DNA of 64,000 bases, taken from Nanobdellati archaeon. GTDB taxonomy: Archaea; EX4484-52; GLR71. The position numbers and the translations under genes are program-made. Below are positions 51,496-62,292 of the stretch, one piece after another (the first letter of the stretch is position 1; each line of letters starts with the position of its first letter). Under the pieces are notes generated by a model. The model was not told where the DNA came from. It made no database searches and saw nothing but the letters and a program-made list of their open reading frames with translations. The stretch lies in the NCBI GenBank assembly GCA_019429005.1, contig JAHYJR010000001.1:8663-72662 (forward strand). Direction: 5' to 3'.

Positions 51496-52527
51496 TCACT
51501 TATGCTCTACAATATTCCGATATGCTGGAGAATATGTAACAATTCTTTGAGTTCCACTAATCAGATAATTATATGATGCGTTTACAACAAACTTATATGG
51601 TGTCAATATAGGTACTTCACTAATAGGGGGTGCAAGAAGAACACAAGGAAGGTCTGTTGATTTATCTCTAAATATCACTTTTTTAGTCTTAGATTTGTCA
51701 GTATCACTTAAACGCAATTCAACACCCACTTGATTAAATAATTCAGAATCGCAAAGCTCACTTTTAGTAATTACATCAGGCAAAGTTATTGTTAAATCGC
51801 CAATATTCACAAGACCAGTTCCAAAATTTCTAACAGTCACATACAACGTCCAATTTGAATCGGAAACTATAGGCTGTGGTTCTGCAGGTTTTAAATTTAT
51901 TGCAACCGGACCATATGTCGCAATATTGCTCCCTGTTAAGGGTAGTTCTTTATCAGAATATTGCCTTTCTGAAAGTTCTTGATTACTTGCAAAATAAATA
52001 TAATTTGTAGTGATTGCTTGAGCTGTATAATTCAGATAAAATGCAAAATCGCAAACATGTTCACCCACCATTATAGCTTTTTCAGATGGTGCTTTTAATT
52101 TCCATTGCAATTTTTGTACCTCACCCGGTTTGATATTCATCATACAAGACTTAGGAAAACCTACAACACATTGTTTTTTAGGTACAACACTAAATTCTGA
52201 AATTTTATAAAGATAATTACAGTAATCGGTAAGAACACCGTCACCATCAAATTTGGATACGCCAGGTGCACTATCAGAATCTAAAAGATATGTTACAGGT
52301 ACTTGACCAACATTTTCAATTTCCATCAATACTAAAAAAGGCCCATCAACAGGTATTTCACTAGAAGGCGTTACAACCAAACTATTTACTTTCAAAAGAT
52401 CAGTACTAACAATTTGTGTGTTTATATCTTGACCTCCACCTATACCAAAACAACCGCTAGTCATAAGTACAAAAAATAAGATTAAAAAAATAAAAAAAGA
52501 TTTAAAAAATTTAAATTTCATACACAC
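51496..52527 (-). CDS. Putative lipoprotein, paralogue family
   Basis: LMTSGC; IENVG, YGPV, NFGTG, SYNY. Confidence 0.75.
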   Translation of the reverse strand: MCMKFKFFKSFFIFLILFFVLMTSGCFGIGGGQDINTQIVSTDLLKVNSLVVTPSSEIPVDGPFLVLMEIENVGQVPVTYLLDSDSAPGVSKFDGDGVLTDYCNYLYKISEFSVVPKKQCVVGFPKSCMMNIKPGEVQKLQWKLKAPSEKAIMVGEHVCDFAFYLNYTAQAITTNYIYFASNQELSERQYSDKELPLTGSNIATYGPVAINLKPAEPQPIVSDSNWTLYVTVRNFGTGLVNIGDLTITLPDVITKSELCDSELFNQVGVELRLSDTDKSKTKKVIFRDKSTDLPCVLLAPPISEVPILTPYKFVVNASYNYLISGTQRIVTYSPAYRNIVEHK

Positions 52528-52595
52528 ACCAAATGGATAATTATTATAATAATACTATTATACACAGACATTAATAAAAATAACATAAGAGCTTA

Positions 52596-55500
52596 TCAAT
52601 AATCATATATCGTAAATGTCTGACCTTCGTATATTGCACTATTTCCAGAAAAATCTGTAGCATTTACAGAAATATAAACAATTCCTGGAACTGTTGTTAG
52701 TATTGGCACACCTGCAGTAACCAATGAACAGTTAAAACCATAATACTGTGATAACACAACACCAGAACTATCTTTTAATGCAACACAATTAACAACATCA
52801 GATTCAATCTCCTTTTGAATTACCTTTGCAGTCATACTTGAAAGATTTTCGGATGGAATAACAAACAACGATATTTTAGACATATCTGTACTTGTATAAA
52901 CTCTTGATGGGGACACAGATATAGATTTTATTGTTGGAGGTACTTTATCTGAAGGTGTAACTTTCCTCATTGCCACAGGACCAACATTTCCAGCTAAATC
53001 TACAGACATAACAGATACTTCATATTCTATACCATTTTTAAGATCCGTTAAATAATGTATTGTATTTCGTACATGATCCATATAGATAACACCATCTAAC
53101 GAAATTGTATAATAATTAATATCAGAATCATCTTCATTAGGTGTCCAATATAAATATACCTCACCACCTTTCTCAGTATTTTCAACATTTAAATTTTCAA
53201 CAACGTGTGGTGGTTTCATATCATATAAAATTGATACAGTATCTTTATGCTCAACACTCTCATTATCAAAACCAGATAATGTTATAGATATAGGACCTTC
53301 GATTTGTTCGGGCGCTTTATCAAATAATATCGCTAAATCAACAAGTTTCATTTTATTAGACTCAGCATCAACATCTGTAAGGATGATTTCCTCTTCAATT
53401 GCACCCGCAGCAGGTTTAATCAAAAGCCAATAATTACCATTAGTCAAATTTACCTTGAAAGAAGACGAATAATTGATTTCTATAACAGCCCCTGTAAGAT
53501 TATTAACAGAACTATTTTTTACTGAAGTAATTACTAAAGAATTACCCACACAAACACCCATACTACATTTATTTGAGATACATTGACAATCAGTTGTACA
53601 AGTATCATCTACAACCTTTTCAAACGTACAAGACTCATACATACAAATCTCTTTAGTTGACGCTTTTGGAGAAATGCATGTCAATTTTTCACCACCAAGA
53701 TAATTCCCACAAACCCCTACATCATCACATTTACCACATTGATTATCTTCAGTACAAGGCTCATTAAGTGACTTATAACAAGCATCATCAGGTTCAGAAT
53801 CAATCTTGACTCGCACAGCCCATTCACCTGCAAAACCAGCATCTAACAATGGCACAACATCACGCACCCAATCAACAATTGAAACATCTTCAGCATAATA
53901 TTCTACAGTTACAGTATAATCCATATCTTCATATAAAATATACGGCTCGCTACCAGATGTAAAATCGTCAGTATATTTATAAGTGTCATCAGAATCGCCA
54001 CCATCAAACCACTGTAAATGTCCTTCATCTACAAGACACGAACTGCTCCAAAAAGATTTACTATCTGAAGATATTTTAAACAAATCATCGTTCCCTACAA
54101 TACTTTTTGAATTGACATCAGACGCATTACAGCCATCAAGATCAATCTTAAAACTAGTACAAGGTAAATTTGTAGTTTTTGTATCAAATATACCAGTACC
54201 TTCTGGATTATCACCACCATATTCAGACTGACAAAGACATATTGCTTTTGAAACAGAATTTCGTATCGTCTCAATATCACCAATTACTTCAGTACCAACA
54301 TCTAACTCCCCTGATGCCAGACTTGAACATTTGGGTACACTATCTGTCTTAGTCGTCGTAAAGGATACGCTTTTTTTAGTATCATATTTATAAAACACGT
54401 TTGACCGCATAAATACAGTTTTCTGTGTTGTAACAGGAGCCTTAAGTGTATCATAAAAAAATGTGCAACCATACATCTTAAGCTGATTTGGGGCTAATAT
54501 TCGTTTCTCACTTTCAAAAGTGTATTCCGGTGTACCTATTAATTTTTTTACCGCGGCATCATAATCAATCTTATACACATACCAACCAGCTTCATCCTTT
54601 TCTGGTTGAGGTAACTGACAATCATCAGTCTCATAATAATTTGCACAACGAGAATCATCAGGTGAATAAAGTGTTTTTGTAACAGCATCATAACATCCCG
54701 CAGGAACAAGAACCTCTGGTAAATATATCTTCAATATCGCAAGTTCAGCTTCACCATCTTTCTGATTATAAATACCAAACGAAACTCTAAAACTATCTCT
54801 CGGTTCATATCTCGAAATAACTGGTATTGGCTGTTTTTTACTTGTCCATGTTGAAAGTGTAAACGGTCCTGCTGAGGTTAAAGACCGACCATCAAACCAT
54901 TTCATTTTACCTTGTTTTACTTGCTCATCATAAAGAGTTCCATCCATCACAGTAATATCATTTGTTCCACTCGTATCATAATGATAAATAACGTGTGCAT
55001 CAATATCAAATGCTTTTGAAGAACATTTTGGTGCAGTCACTAATAATGAATATAATCTAGGTTCTCCAGGTAACAAAGATCCAACGGATTCTTCGGCAGA
55101 AGCACTACTTGAACCACCAAGACCACCACCCCGACCTATACTACCCCCTAAAGTCACAAAATCCTCGCTACCTTTAGCATAGACCATAACTTCATTTGCA
55201 ATTGAAACACCATCATTTTTTACTTCAAACTGTATATCTACAAGACCTCCCGGATATACTGCAGAAGGGTATGCCGAAATACCTTTAAACTCAAGCGCAC
55301 TTGATGACCCTACCTGAATTACAGAATCTTTTTGTTGTTTTTCTAATTCTGCCTGTTCCGGATCTGAAAACCATAACAAAGAACTTGTAAAAGAATCAAT
55401 AAATGAATCAATCGCACTACCCCCTACTTGTTTAGCATCATGAGTTGCAAGTGTTGATTTATCTGAATCCATATTTGAACTCCAAAAATAACTTAATATA

Positions 55501-56948
55501 GGTAACAAGAAAATAACAATAAGTGCAACAATGCCAAGAATAAAAGACCATTTTAAAATAGATTTAATAATTTCCCATGAACTCTTCTTTGGAGACATAA
55601 CAGATCTTAATTTGTTTGTATAATCTGAATTTGAAACTTTTGCTTTCGCCGCACCTAAAGCACCACCCACAAAAAATGCAGAGTTTTGGGTATTTGATTC
55701 TGAAGAGTCATCTAAATCTGAAATTTCTTCGGAACCTATAGTTTCATCTGTTTCGGGAATACGGTTATCTTCAGGATATAACAATCCGGCCCCCGTATCA
55801 CCTGAAGAATTCAGTTTTTCTTTTTCTAATTTTTCGGCAGCATCCTTTTCAGCAGCATCCTTTTCAGCAGCATCCTTTTCAGCAGCATCCTTTTCAGCAG
55901 CATCCTTTTCACGTTCATTTTCAACCAATTCTTCAGCTTCTTTTTCACGCTCTTTTAATTGTTCTTCTGTAAGTTCAATTTTATCTTTTTCAGTTTCAAC
56001 CAATTCTTCAGCATCTTTTTCTACATGATCTTCATTTTCTTTTAAATCTTCATCATCATCATCTTCGCCTTCTGATTTACCAACTTCCTTCTCAGGTTCT
56101 TTTGGTTCTTCAGGTGTTTCTTCTTCATCTTCTTCTGCTTTCTGTTCTTCAACGGGTTCATCGCTTTCTGGAGCACCTGAAATCTTCTCATCTAACATTG
56201 AAACTTTCTCAAGTTCGGTTTCTTCAGCTTTAATTTCGGATTCATTCTCATGTATATCTTGAAAAGAACTTTCAACATCTTGTTCTGTGCTATCAACATT
56301 TTGACTAAGACCTGCTACAACAGAAGGATCAACATCAGAACCTGCATCTACAACTGCAGAATCAACATCTTCAGTTTTAGACACCTCTTGAGCATTTGCT
56401 TCTCCAGATTCAGCCGTTACTAGAGGATTACTCGAACGAGAATATGCTTGCGAAAACACTTCTGAACTACCTTGTGCAATGAAATTAATTGGATTCTCGG
56501 AACTACCCAACACCGGTCCTGTTGGCTCTTCAACAGCCTTCGGAATAGTTTCTTTTAAATTCTGAATATCCTCTTCAAACATTTTCAGATTATCAGCTTG
56601 ATTCGCTATAACCTCACGAGAGACCGTTTGTTCATTTAAAATATTTTCAAATAAATCATTATTTTCTACTTGAACGTTTTGTATTTCATTAACATTATCA
56701 TCAATAACGCCTACTTTTTCCTCCAATTTTGAGTGCGTTTCGTCAATATTTGGACTCTTTATATTATTATTAATATTCACATGTATCTCAGGTGAACCTC
56801 CAAAATCATTTTCAGCAGGCACTTCAGACGGCAAAAGACTTTCTTTTTTACGAGAAAAACGACCTAAAATACGTGATATTGCATTTTTTAAACGGACTTT
56901 ATTTGAGGGTTCAGAAACAACAGATTCTTCAGAATTTTCATCACCCAT
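52596..56948 (-). CDS. Large type II membrane surface protein: acidic N-terminus, TM, paralogue-family domain, Cys-rich region, FN3/Ig domains
   Basis: D/E-rich first ~450 aa, TM ~465-490, YHY/GPF/YKY motifs, CTEDNQC/CTTDCQCISNKC, LYWTPN...YEVSVMSVDLAGN. Confidence 0.8.
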   Translation of the reverse strand: MGDENSEESVVSEPSNKVRLKNAISRILGRFSRKKESLLPSEVPAENDFGGSPEIHVNINNNIKSPNIDETHSKLEEKVGVIDDNVNEIQNVQVENNDLFENILNEQTVSREVIANQADNLKMFEEDIQNLKETIPKAVEEPTGPVLGSSENPINFIAQGSSEVFSQAYSRSSNPLVTAESGEANAQEVSKTEDVDSAVVDAGSDVDPSVVAGLSQNVDSTEQDVESSFQDIHENESEIKAEETELEKVSMLDEKISGAPESDEPVEEQKAEEDEEETPEEPKEPEKEVGKSEGEDDDDEDLKENEDHVEKDAEELVETEKDKIELTEEQLKEREKEAEELVENEREKDAAEKDAAEKDAAEKDAAEKDAAEKLEKEKLNSSGDTGAGLLYPEDNRIPETDETIGSEEISDLDDSSESNTQNSAFFVGGALGAAKAKVSNSDYTNKLRSVMSPKKSSWEIIKSILKWSFILGIVALIVIFLLPILSYFWSSNMDSDKSTLATHDAKQVGGSAIDSFIDSFTSSLLWFSDPEQAELEKQQKDSVIQVGSSSALEFKGISAYPSAVYPGGLVDIQFEVKNDGVSIANEVMVYAKGSEDFVTLGGSIGRGGGLGGSSSASAEESVGSLLPGEPRLYSLLVTAPKCSSKAFDIDAHVIYHYDTSGTNDITVMDGTLYDEQVKQGKMKWFDGRSLTSAGPFTLSTWTSKKQPIPVISRYEPRDSFRVSFGIYNQKDGEAELAILKIYLPEVLVPAGCYDAVTKTLYSPDDSRCANYYETDDCQLPQPEKDEAGWYVYKIDYDAAVKKLIGTPEYTFESEKRILAPNQLKMYGCTFFYDTLKAPVTTQKTVFMRSNVFYKYDTKKSVSFTTTKTDSVPKCSSLASGELDVGTEVIGDIETIRNSVSKAICLCQSEYGGDNPEGTGIFDTKTTNLPCTSFKIDLDGCNASDVNSKSIVGNDDLFKISSDSKSFWSSSCLVDEGHLQWFDGGDSDDTYKYTDDFTSGSEPYILYEDMDYTVTVEYYAEDVSIVDWVRDVVPLLDAGFAGEWAVRVKIDSEPDDACYKSLNEPCTEDNQCGKCDDVGVCGNYLGGEKLTCISPKASTKEICMYESCTFEKVVDDTCTTDCQCISNKCSMGVCVGNSLVITSVKNSSVNNLTGAVIEINYSSSFKVNLTNGNYWLLIKPAAGAIEEEIILTDVDAESNKMKLVDLAILFDKAPEQIEGPISITLSGFDNESVEHKDTVSILYDMKPPHVVENLNVENTEKGGEVYLYWTPNEDDSDINYYTISLDGVIYMDHVRNTIHYLTDLKNGIEYEVSVMSVDLAGNVGPVAMRKVTPSDKVPPTIKSISVSPSRVYTSTDMSKISLFVIPSENLSSMTAKVIQKEIESDVVNCVALKDSSGVVLSQYYGFNCSLVTAGVPILTTVPGIVYISVNATDFSGNSAIYEGQTFTIYDY
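55831..55911. repeat. 15-bp coding repeat (EKDAA x5)
   Basis: TTTTCAGCAGCATCC units. Confidence 0.9.
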
Positions 56949-56996
56949 AACAACACCATCTTTAAATTACAATTATCAAACAAAATATAAAAAAAC

Positions 56997-57305
56997 CTAA
57001 AGCAATAACCCTACACACAAATAAAACACAATATAAGACAAAGTATTAAGATGTGCAATCCTCATTATAAAACTAACAATACCGCTAACAATATTGACAA
57101 ACCCCCTAAAGAATATACCTACAAAACTTATAGTTTCAATAAAACTCAAAAGCGGAAAATTTACAATTGCATGAACCACATCAAGAACAGGTTTAATCCC
57201 ACTTATTACAAACAATATCCAAAACAAATCACCTTCAATTGGAAGAACACCAACACTACCAACAACAAAAGCTAAAATATATAATAAAAAACGTTTATGA
57301 CTCAT
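56997..57305 (-). CDS. Small membrane protein
   Basis: Hydrophobic ORF with GGTG SD, in operon. Confidence 0.65.
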   Translation of the reverse strand: MSHKRFLLYILAFVVGSVGVLPIEGDLFWILFVISGIKPVLDVVHAIVNFPLLSFIETISFVGIFFRGFVNIVSGIVSFIMRIAHLNTLSYIVFYLCVGLLL

Positions 57306-57316
57306 AAAAACACCAA

Positions 57317-58486
57317 TTAAATAACTTCATCCAAAATAGATATCTCAAGATTATCTATCTTATATGTTCCAAGGGTCTGGAAACGTAAAAGATTATCACC
57401 ATCTTCCAATATATCTGTATGTAAATAAAACTTATTTGTTCCTTCATAAACAGTTTCATCTATAAATTTATCATTCATATAGATCTTTAATCCTGCAATT
57501 GATACTACAGGTATATCAAAAGATAATACCGCCGTACCATTATCAATACGGTCATACTGATTCTCTGTTAATTTGAATTTAACTTCATGTATTGATGGAC
57601 TTATCGCACCATAATAAGAAATCTTTAATTGTGCATCTGATATTGTATATTCGCTATCTTGACCTGATGTAAACAAGATATGATTCTCACCAGGTAAAAG
57701 CAAAGTTTCAAATTTACCAAAATTAGCTTTATATACTTTTGCACGTGGCATAGGATCACCTGTATAGACAAGATAACCATTTACATATGCAGTCAAATTA
57801 TCATTTCGTCGAGCATTCAATACTTGAAATGAAAACTCAACATTGTCGAGCGAATTAAATTCATATGCCTCAACATTAAACGGAATTACTTTTTGAGTAT
57901 AAGAATAAGAATTTATAGAAAGATAAAAATCCTTCAAAATATATGCAGTCGGTGCCCAAAATTTCATAGAACTACCTTCTGCTTCAATAGATAAAGTATT
58001 CATCTCTAAAAGATTATCAAAATAAAATGAATAACGCGTTAAATTTGGTTTCATATCAAAAATAATTTCATCATTAAATGAAATTACAAGATTTCCATAT
58101 AAATTTGTATCAAAAACATCAAATTCAAAAATAGCTTCTGTTGCACCTTGTCGTTCAAAAGACACTGAAAATGCATTATCCTCAAAAATGCCGTGTTCAA
58201 TAATAATTTCATCTTGAGCTTTTATCAGGTGATTACTTTGAGTAAATCCAACAGACAACTCACCTAAATCAATAGTCCGATATGTCTGACCTTGTTTAGC
58301 ATCAATAAATATCGTATTAGCATAAGACATCACATCTGAACCCGGATTATAAGGTACATAATCATTATATCCACCATCATAATCTAAACATGGTGGAGAA
58401 TCACATAACTGTTCTTGACCTATAAGTAAAAATGCTACAAGAAATATTGTGATACCTGCAGCAAATACATAAACAAAATTATCCAT
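57317..58486 (-). CDS. Membrane-anchored beta-rich exported protein
   Basis: N-terminal TM; three similar beta units ending N.L.F/I. Confidence 0.75.
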   Translation of the reverse strand: MDNFVYVFAAGITIFLVAFLLIGQEQLCDSPPCLDYDGGYNDYVPYNPGSDVMSYANTIFIDAKQGQTYRTIDLGELSVGFTQSNHLIKAQDEIIIEHGIFEDNAFSVSFERQGATEAIFEFDVFDTNLYGNLVISFNDEIIFDMKPNLTRYSFYFDNLLEMNTLSIEAEGSSMKFWAPTAYILKDFYLSINSYSYTQKVIPFNVEAYEFNSLDNVEFSFQVLNARRNDNLTAYVNGYLVYTGDPMPRAKVYKANFGKFETLLLPGENHILFTSGQDSEYTISDAQLKISYYGAISPSIHEVKFKLTENQYDRIDNGTAVLSFDIPVVSIAGLKIYMNDKFIDETVYEGTNKFYLHTDILEDGDNLLRFQTLGTYKIDNLEISILDEVI

Positions 58487-58575
58487 AATAGCTCACATTA
58501 TACTAAGATTTACAAATACTAATTATAATTATATCTTAGTGTTTATTATATTTAATTGTTTAAATTGTTAAATAA

Positions 58576-59598
58576 GTGAATTTTATGAAAATAATCCATA
58601 AAGATCTCAAAAAAGAGACAAAAATCAAAATAGAAACTATTGATGATTTATGGGATCTTAAAAATATAATTACAAAAAATGACATAATTGGCTGTAAAAC
58701 AATAAGAACCTTACAAAATTTAGATAAAAAAGAAAAACGTACAGTATATCTAAATATTGAAGTTGAAAGCGTTGACTTTGATGAAAATACAGAATCTTTA
58801 AGAATCGGTGGAAATATAATTAATGGTCCTGATGATATATCTCATGGACACCACACAGCAAGACTTGTACCAAATGATATAATTGCAATTGAAAAAAAAT
58901 GGAAACAATATGAAATTGATCGCCTTACAAAAGCATCAAAAACCAAAAATTTCAATGTACTAATAACTGTATTAGATGAACATGATGTTGATTTTGCTAT
59001 TGCAAGCCAAAATACAATAAAATATCTTGGAAATATTCAAGGACCAAGCTCAGGTAAATTATATTCTGAAGGAAATAAAAAAGAATATTACACTAAAATC
59101 GTAGACCACATTGAAACCCAAGCAGACACAGTTGATAAAATAATCATTGCAGGTCCTGGTTTTACAAAAGAAAATATTCTAGAGCTTACAAAAAACAAAC
59201 CAAAATTAAACGGAAAGTGTATAGGTGGTACTTCAAGTGTCACTGGAAAACGAGGTATATATGAAGTTATACATCGAGGCGAACTAGATAAAATAATAAT
59301 TGAATCTAAAATCTATTCGGACATACAACTTATAAATAAAATACTTGAAGAAATTAAAAAAAATTCGGGTCGTATAACGTACGGTCAAAAACATATAGAA
59401 TTAAGTGCCGAATCGGGTGCAATTGAGCACTTACTTGTCTCAGACAAGATAATTAGAGATGAAGAAACCGAAAAAATAATTAATATTGTTGAAAAATATA
59501 AAGGAAAAATAAGTATAATAGATTCAAAACAAGAATCTGGAAAAATTCTTAAAGGTCTTGGTAATATTGCAGCATTACTCCGATTTAAAATGGAATAA
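58576..59598 (+). CDS. pelA: Pelota (Dom34) mRNA surveillance protein
   Basis: ETIDDLWDL, LRIGG, HHT, IAGPGF, IAALLRF. Confidence 0.95.
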   Translation: MNFMKIIHKDLKKETKIKIETIDDLWDLKNIITKNDIIGCKTIRTLQNLDKKEKRTVYLNIEVESVDFDENTESLRIGGNIINGPDDISHGHHTARLVPNDIIAIEKKWKQYEIDRLTKASKTKNFNVLITVLDEHDVDFAIASQNTIKYLGNIQGPSSGKLYSEGNKKEYYTKIVDHIETQADTVDKIIIAGPGFTKENILELTKNKPKLNGKCIGGTSSVTGKRGIYEVIHRGELDKIIIESKIYSDIQLINKILEEIKKNSGRITYGQKHIELSAESGAIEHLLVSDKIIRDEETEKIINIVEKYKGKISIIDSKQESGKILKGLGNIAALLRFKME

Positions 59599-59644
59599 TT
59601 AAACAAAAAAGAACATATGACCTATTTTTAATAAAAAAACAGAT

Positions 59645-59875
59645 TTACTTATCTAATTTCTTAGAAATCTCAGACATTCTATCTGTTAAACTATCTAATT
59701 TTTCAAAATTATCAAGATGTGTCTCAACAATGTCAAGCTTGCCTGATAATGTTTCAAGACGACCTATTATATCATTAATCCGCGTTTCAAGTGTATTTAA
59801 TTTTGCAATTTCAATCTCGTTTATTTCACCAAGTATCTTTCCTAGATTTTGTATAAGTCTTTCTTGTTTTGTCAT
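59645..59875 (-). CDS. Small coiled-coil protein
   Basis: Heptad pattern. Confidence 0.6.
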   Translation of the reverse strand: MTKQERLIQNLGKILGEINEIEIAKLNTLETRINDIIGRLETLSGKLDIVETHLDNFEKLDSLTDRMSEISKKLDK

Positions 59876-59919
59876 AAGTATCCCTATTAATAATTATACA
59901 TAATAGATTATATAAAAAT

Positions 59920-60081
59920 TGGCGCGAGGGACGAGATTTGAACTCGTGCGGGCTAAAAGCCCAGTAGCTTACAGCCATCAAATGCTTATTTAAAGCATAT
60001 TCAGTTAGCAGGCTACCGCCATATCCTACGAATAGACCTTAATTCTAAACTCAAATTCGAACCAGGCTAGGCGACCCTCGC
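59920..60081 (-). tRNA. tRNA-Ser(GCT) with two introns (D-loop 20/21 at 60023-60060; 37/38 at 59970-60005), CCA encoded
   Basis: GCGAGGG/CCCTCGC-G-CCA, long variable arm, GTAGC/GCTAC anticodon stem after splicing. Confidence 0.88.
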
Positions 60082-60230
60082 ATTTATTGAAAACATATAC
60101 AAAATACAAAAGTATTAAACTATTTATAATTCAAAACTTTAAATATTAAACAGTAAAAAGACTATTTTAAACAAAAGTTAATAAATATTAACAATGTATT
60201 ATAGTTTATTATAATATTTGGTGGTTTTAT

Positions 60231-60512
60231 ATGATTATAAATGAAATGGATATAAGTAAAATTATTGGAAAAGAAGTATTTACAGATAAAGGTGCATATT
60301 GTGGCCAAACATCTGACATTGAACTAGATCTTGCACGATTTAGAGTGAAATCAATAAGAGTTGATGCTGCAAAAGGAACATACCTTGCCGCAATTGTCGG
60401 TGGGAAAAAAGGTGTTAAAGTGCCATACCCCATGGTTCAAGCAATAAGTGATATTATTATAATAAAACATATTAAGCCTCAAGTTGACGAAGAAATGCCA
60501 CAAGATGCATAA
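60231..60512 (+). CDS. PRC-barrel protein (CdpB-like)
   Basis: GKEVFTDKG...D...KKGVKVPY.MVQAISDIIII. Confidence 0.85.
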   Translation: MIINEMDISKIIGKEVFTDKGAYCGQTSDIELDLARFRVKSIRVDAAKGTYLAAIVGGKKGVKVPYPMVQAISDIIIIKHIKPQVDEEMPQDA

Positions 60513-60578
60513 ATTACTACATAAACATAAAATAACCAAGTAATTTTTATTTTTTCTTTTAAAAACAATATTAAAAAT

Positions 60579-61166
60579 CTAGAACCGTGCAGGTTCTAAA
60601 TATTTAATTATATTAAAAATAGCATATAGACCAACAAAAAGCACAACGGGACTTATAGGTGAAATAGTATAAAAAAGTTCATTTGAAAAAACAAAAATTA
60701 GACTTAAAAAAGCTAAATAATATGTAATTAATACAGATGATATTGTCAATAAAATAGTTCCAGACAAAACATGGAAAAAACTAACAAATGTTATAATTAC
60801 ACCAATAAATAAAACACTTAAAGCAATCAAATGTGACATTTCAAGAAGATTACCAAAACTTGAAAAACCTAAATATTTAATTTCGTTTATGCCTGCCCAT
60901 ATAAGAAGAAGCCCATGTGTTGTTGAAGTATCACCCCCCATCCTCTCATTCTTGTACATACCAAAATAAAATTCAACAAAAATAACACTTGTAAACATAG
61001 GTAATATTACCCATAATATATCAGAACGCATCGCTACTGAAAACATCAAAGAAATATCAGTATAGATTTTTAATATAACTGGTATTAAAACTAACATAAA
61101 TGAAGATATAATTGAATATATCTCTGAAGAATAAATAAACTCTAATAATATTGACATATCAATCAA
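60579..61166 (-). CDS. Hypothetical membrane protein
   Basis: Multiple TMs, EFYFGMYKNE. Confidence 0.7.
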   Translation of the reverse strand: MIDMSILLEFIYSSEIYSIISSFMLVLIPVILKIYTDISLMFSVAMRSDILWVILPMFTSVIFVEFYFGMYKNERMGGDTSTTHGLLLIWAGINEIKYLGFSSFGNLLEMSHLIALSVLFIGVIITFVSFFHVLSGTILLTISSVLITYYLAFLSLIFVFSNELFYTISPISPVVLFVGLYAIFNIIKYLEPARF

Positions 61167-61251
61167 ATTAACACCCGTTAATTAAACATAATATATATAT
61201 ATTAAAACTATATAATATATAAATACACAAGAACAAATAAAAGGGATTCAT

Positions 61252-61590
61252 ATGACAACGAAAAAAGAGTTTATTAAAAAAAGATCTACATTTGATAAAA
61301 ATCATATGATTTTATTTACAATAATTATACTCTTAGGACTTCTAGTATTAACACACCAAAATTACATTAACACACCGAAAATAAAAAGTGATATTTCAGC
61401 ATGTAAAACATTCTGTACTACACACCCACAAATAACTGGTGCTATTTATGGCGGTATTGATAACAACGGACATTGTCTTTGTAAAATATCGCAAACAATT
61501 AATAATATACAAGAAAACAAAAATATGGATGTAACTATTTTTGTAGATGTCGGTATTGTTGAAAAAGCAATATTAACAGACTCACCTTAA
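61252..61590 (+). CDS. Hypothetical single-TM protein with Cys motif
   Basis: TM then CKTFC...CLC. Confidence 0.6.
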   Translation: MTTKKEFIKKRSTFDKNHMILFTIIILLGLLVLTHQNYINTPKIKSDISACKTFCTTHPQITGAIYGGIDNNGHCLCKISQTINNIQENKNMDVTIFVDVGIVEKAILTDSP

Positions 61591-62292
61591 ACGCATCTTT
61601 GTATTAACACTTTTAGATGCAACTAATACCATCTCAACTAGAACTGATTCATCATAAGGTTTAAGTTTTTTCAAACCAGACTCTAGTGTTTCTTTTGGAT
61701 TAAATTGTTGAAGAACATATAATTTTGCAGAAGTTATATATTTGGAGATTAATTCAATATCTTCAAGTGTAACATACCCAGGAACAACAGTTGTTCTGAA
61801 TTCATGATCAACACCAGATTTAATTATTAAATCAATCGTTTTTTTAATTATTTCAACAGAAATAGGAACATTAATTATATTTTGATATTTATCATCAACA
61901 AGTGCGGTTTTTATATCCATCGCAATATAATCAACAAGACCATCATCAATAAATTTATTAATTACATCAGGATGTGTGCCATTTGTGTCTAATTTTATAA
62001 AAAAACCTAAATTCTTAATTTGTTTCAAAAAAAGATATAAGGCCTCATTATGTATTGTCGGTTCGCCACCTGTAATAGTAACGCCATCAATCCACTCTTT
62101 ATTTTCCTTTAAAAAATCTAAAATCGCTTGCTTATCTACAAGCTCAAACTTTTTATCATTTAATACAAGTTCATGATTATGACAAAAATTACATCTAAAA
62201 TTACATTTGGGTAAAAAAACAACAGAGGTCACTTTACCTTCCCAATCAATAAAAGATGTTCCAATAAAACCCGCAATACGTAATTTGCTAAT
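61582..62292 (-). CDS. nrdG: Anaerobic RNR activating radical SAM enzyme (probable ATT start)
   Basis: CNFRCNFCHN, ITGGEPT, LDTNG, EFRTT; conserved RIAG..TS.IDW.GK lies upstream of the called GTG. Confidence 0.9.
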   Translation of the reverse strand: MSKLRIAGFIGTSFIDWEGKVTSVVFLPKCNFRCNFCHNHELVLNDKKFELVDKQAILDFLKENKEWIDGVTITGGEPTIHNEALYLFLKQIKNLGFFIKLDTNGTHPDVINKFIDDGLVDYIAMDIKTALVDDKYQNIINVPISVEIIKKTIDLIIKSGVDHEFRTTVVPGYVTLEDIELISKYITSAKLYVLQQFNPKETLESGLKKLKPYDESVLVEMVLVASKSVNTKMRLR

